Below are positions 62,060-64,000 of a stretch of DNA of 64,000 nucleotides, one piece after another. Both the position numbers and the translations under genes were made by a program. Source of the stretch: Hemiscyllium ocellatum (lineage: Eukaryota); NCBI RefSeq assembly GCF_020745735.1, contig NC_083409.1:20294341-20358340 (forward strand). The letters are read 5' to 3'. The number at the start of each line of letters is the position of its first letter. Position 1 is the first letter of the stretch. The notes under the pieces were generated by a model, which was not told where the DNA came from, did not search any database, and saw only the letters and a program-made list of their open reading frames with translations.

Positions 62060-62430
62060 CTATTTAAAGTTGTGTCTCCTCTGTGGACTGTCTCCAACAC
62101 TCGACACACATTCTGATCTCTTGATGCTCTTGTTCAGTGGAGAGGAGAGGGTCATGTGGGTGAGGGCACAGCAGAAGCGAGCGTTGGAATCCCAGTCAGA
62201 CCCAGAGAGGGTCAGCAGGCTGTTGACACTGTAGGTGCTGTCCGAAGCTCGCAGGTAGTTGCTGGTCTGAACCCCGTCCGAAATGACTGCACCGTCCTTC
62301 TTCCACTGCACCTCCAGCTCATCGGGATAGAAGTGATTGACAAGGCACACCAGGGTGGCAGTGCCCTTGGCATTGACCTGCTCCGGGGAGGGGGGCAGCA
62401 GGGTCAGCTTGGGCTTAGAGTTCTCATGGC
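62060..62430 (-). CDS. IGKC: Ig kappa (NS4) constant exon, copy 3, with a 14-aa C-terminal extension
   Basis: Acceptor ctttcag|gc at 62431. HENSKPKLTLLPPS...ATLVCLVNHFYP...FCCALTH...SECV-SSVGDSPQRRHNFK stop. The upstream intron is homologous to about 35560-36167. Confidence 0.93.
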
Positions 62431-63129
62431 CTGAAAGACAAGAGAAACAATTTTAATCCCTCCCACTCGAATGGATTTCAACTCTCCAAACATTAACTGG
62501 TAAAACAATCCATTTGAACATTTGTAGCTAATACCTAACAAACCCAACAAAGGGACAGGCATTGTTCAAATTGCTTCTTGGGATGTCAGTGTCACTGGCA
62601 GGACCATCATTTGTTACCCATCCCTAACTGCCCCAGAGACAGTGATGATGAAAGTGAAGAGACAGTTTTTAGACCATTGTTTATGGAATGAATGTGGGCA
62701 GCTGGAAGGGCAATCAATGGGACAGCATTTCAGTGACAGTGATCAGAACTCAGTGAGATTGATCGGAGGGATGGAAATGGAGAACCGTGGAGCAAGTGTA
62801 AATGTTTTCATTTGGGAATGAACCATTTTACTGAACTGTGCAGTGATTTGATAAAACTGACTGGAATCAGCGACTTGACTGGAACTCAGCGTCAGGGCAG
62901 TGGGGGGCCTCCAAGGACGAGACAGAGATTGCTCAGAGGAGGAAGGGTGGGGATGTACAAATCTAGACTCTCAGCCTGGGATGTCAAAAGACAGCCAGAG
63001 TAGGGAAGGCCAAACAGGGAATGTGATGTTGGTTATCTGGAGATCAAACCTGCAGAAAGCTGAGAGGAGGATAGAAAATGCAGGGGTGAAATTGAACAGG
63101 ACCTGAGGAAAGCAAAGAGCTGACAGGAT

Positions 63130-64000
63130 GAATTGGAATAACAGAATTTATAGTACAGAAGGAGGCTTTTCAACACATCATGCCTGTGCTGGATCCAGAA
63201 AGAGCTATCCAGCTAGTCCCATTCTCCAGTCCGATCTCTGTTGCTCTCTAACTTCATCAATTTCAAATATACACATTGAAACCTCCAACAGAATGCACCT
63301 CCACCATCCTGTCAGGGAGCATGTTCCAAGTCCGAACAACTCTCTTCGTAAAGGCATTCCTCCTCATCTCACTCCACCTGTCTTGCTAACCATCTTGAAA
63401 TTGTTACCCATAGTTACAGAGATACCAACTCATGGTAATGGAATATTCTCCTTAATCCTGTCAAAAATTGTTCAAAACAGTGAACAACTCTATAAGATCA
63501 CCTCTTAACCTTCTCTGCTCAGTTGAGAATAAGCCCAATCTTTCTCAGCTTTCCCTGTATCGAAAACCACTCATTCCTGGTATCATTCCAATAAAACTCC
63601 TTTGAATTCTCTCCAGGGTTTTAATATTGTTCTTTAAATAAGGTGCTCAGAACTGAACACAATCCTCAAATCTGGTCTGATCAGTGATTTATCGAGGTGT
63701 AGCATCCCTTCCTTGCTTTATACTCTGTGCTGTATTTTAAAACCTAAGGATTTATAACTAAAGCTTATAACTAAGCTTATAACTAAAAATACAATAAGAG
63801 GTTAGAAGATGAAATATGAAGAATAGCCAGCTCGTAGTATAAAAGAGGATTGCAAGTTTTTTTTGGAGAAATATAAAAGCTTAGAGGAAGGCAAGACTGG
63901 ATGTTGGACTGCTGGAAAATGAGGCTGGAGAGGTACTAATGGGGAACAAAGAAATCACAGAGGATCTGACTTTACATCAGTCATCATGGTGGAAGACACC
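63130..64000. mobile_element. CR1-type LINE fragments (- strand 63130-63760, + strand 63790-64000)
   Basis: Similarity to CR1 3' ends and to the KREAKIDIGSLENEAGE region at 29300-29480. Confidence 0.7.

Overview
Cartilaginous-fish (shark; repeat content suggests an orectolobiform such as a bamboo shark, by inference) genomic DNA, mostly retroelement-derived, containing part of a multi-cluster immunoglobulin kappa (NS4/type III) light-chain locus. (1) A complete + strand gene: leader 23348-23396, an already-joined in-frame VJ exon 23583-23912 with no RSS, a 12.3-kb J-C intron and C exon 36168-36496 (235 aa). (2) An orphan 5'-truncated C remnant with its 3' UTR on the - strand (about 51370-52100). 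(3) A second complete C exon on the - strand (62060-62430) with a stop-loss (TAG>TCG, +14 aa) and an extra Cys; its VJ would lie beyond the window. A two-exon GPR139-like GPCR with a 1-nt frameshift lies at 926-2284. Repeats: many CR1-type LINE fragments, including a very young RT-intact copy inserted inside a SINE; HE1/V-SINE-like tRNA SINEs; Penelope-like elements (PLEs) carrying minimal hammerhead ribozyme motifs, including a young 1.16-kb fold-back insertion with 435-bp inverted arms and a 14-15 bp TSD; an ERV-like RT remnant; and several minisatellites. A strong CTCF-type motif sits between the convergent Ig clusters. Repeat boundaries are approximate and were read by eye; no database searches were run.
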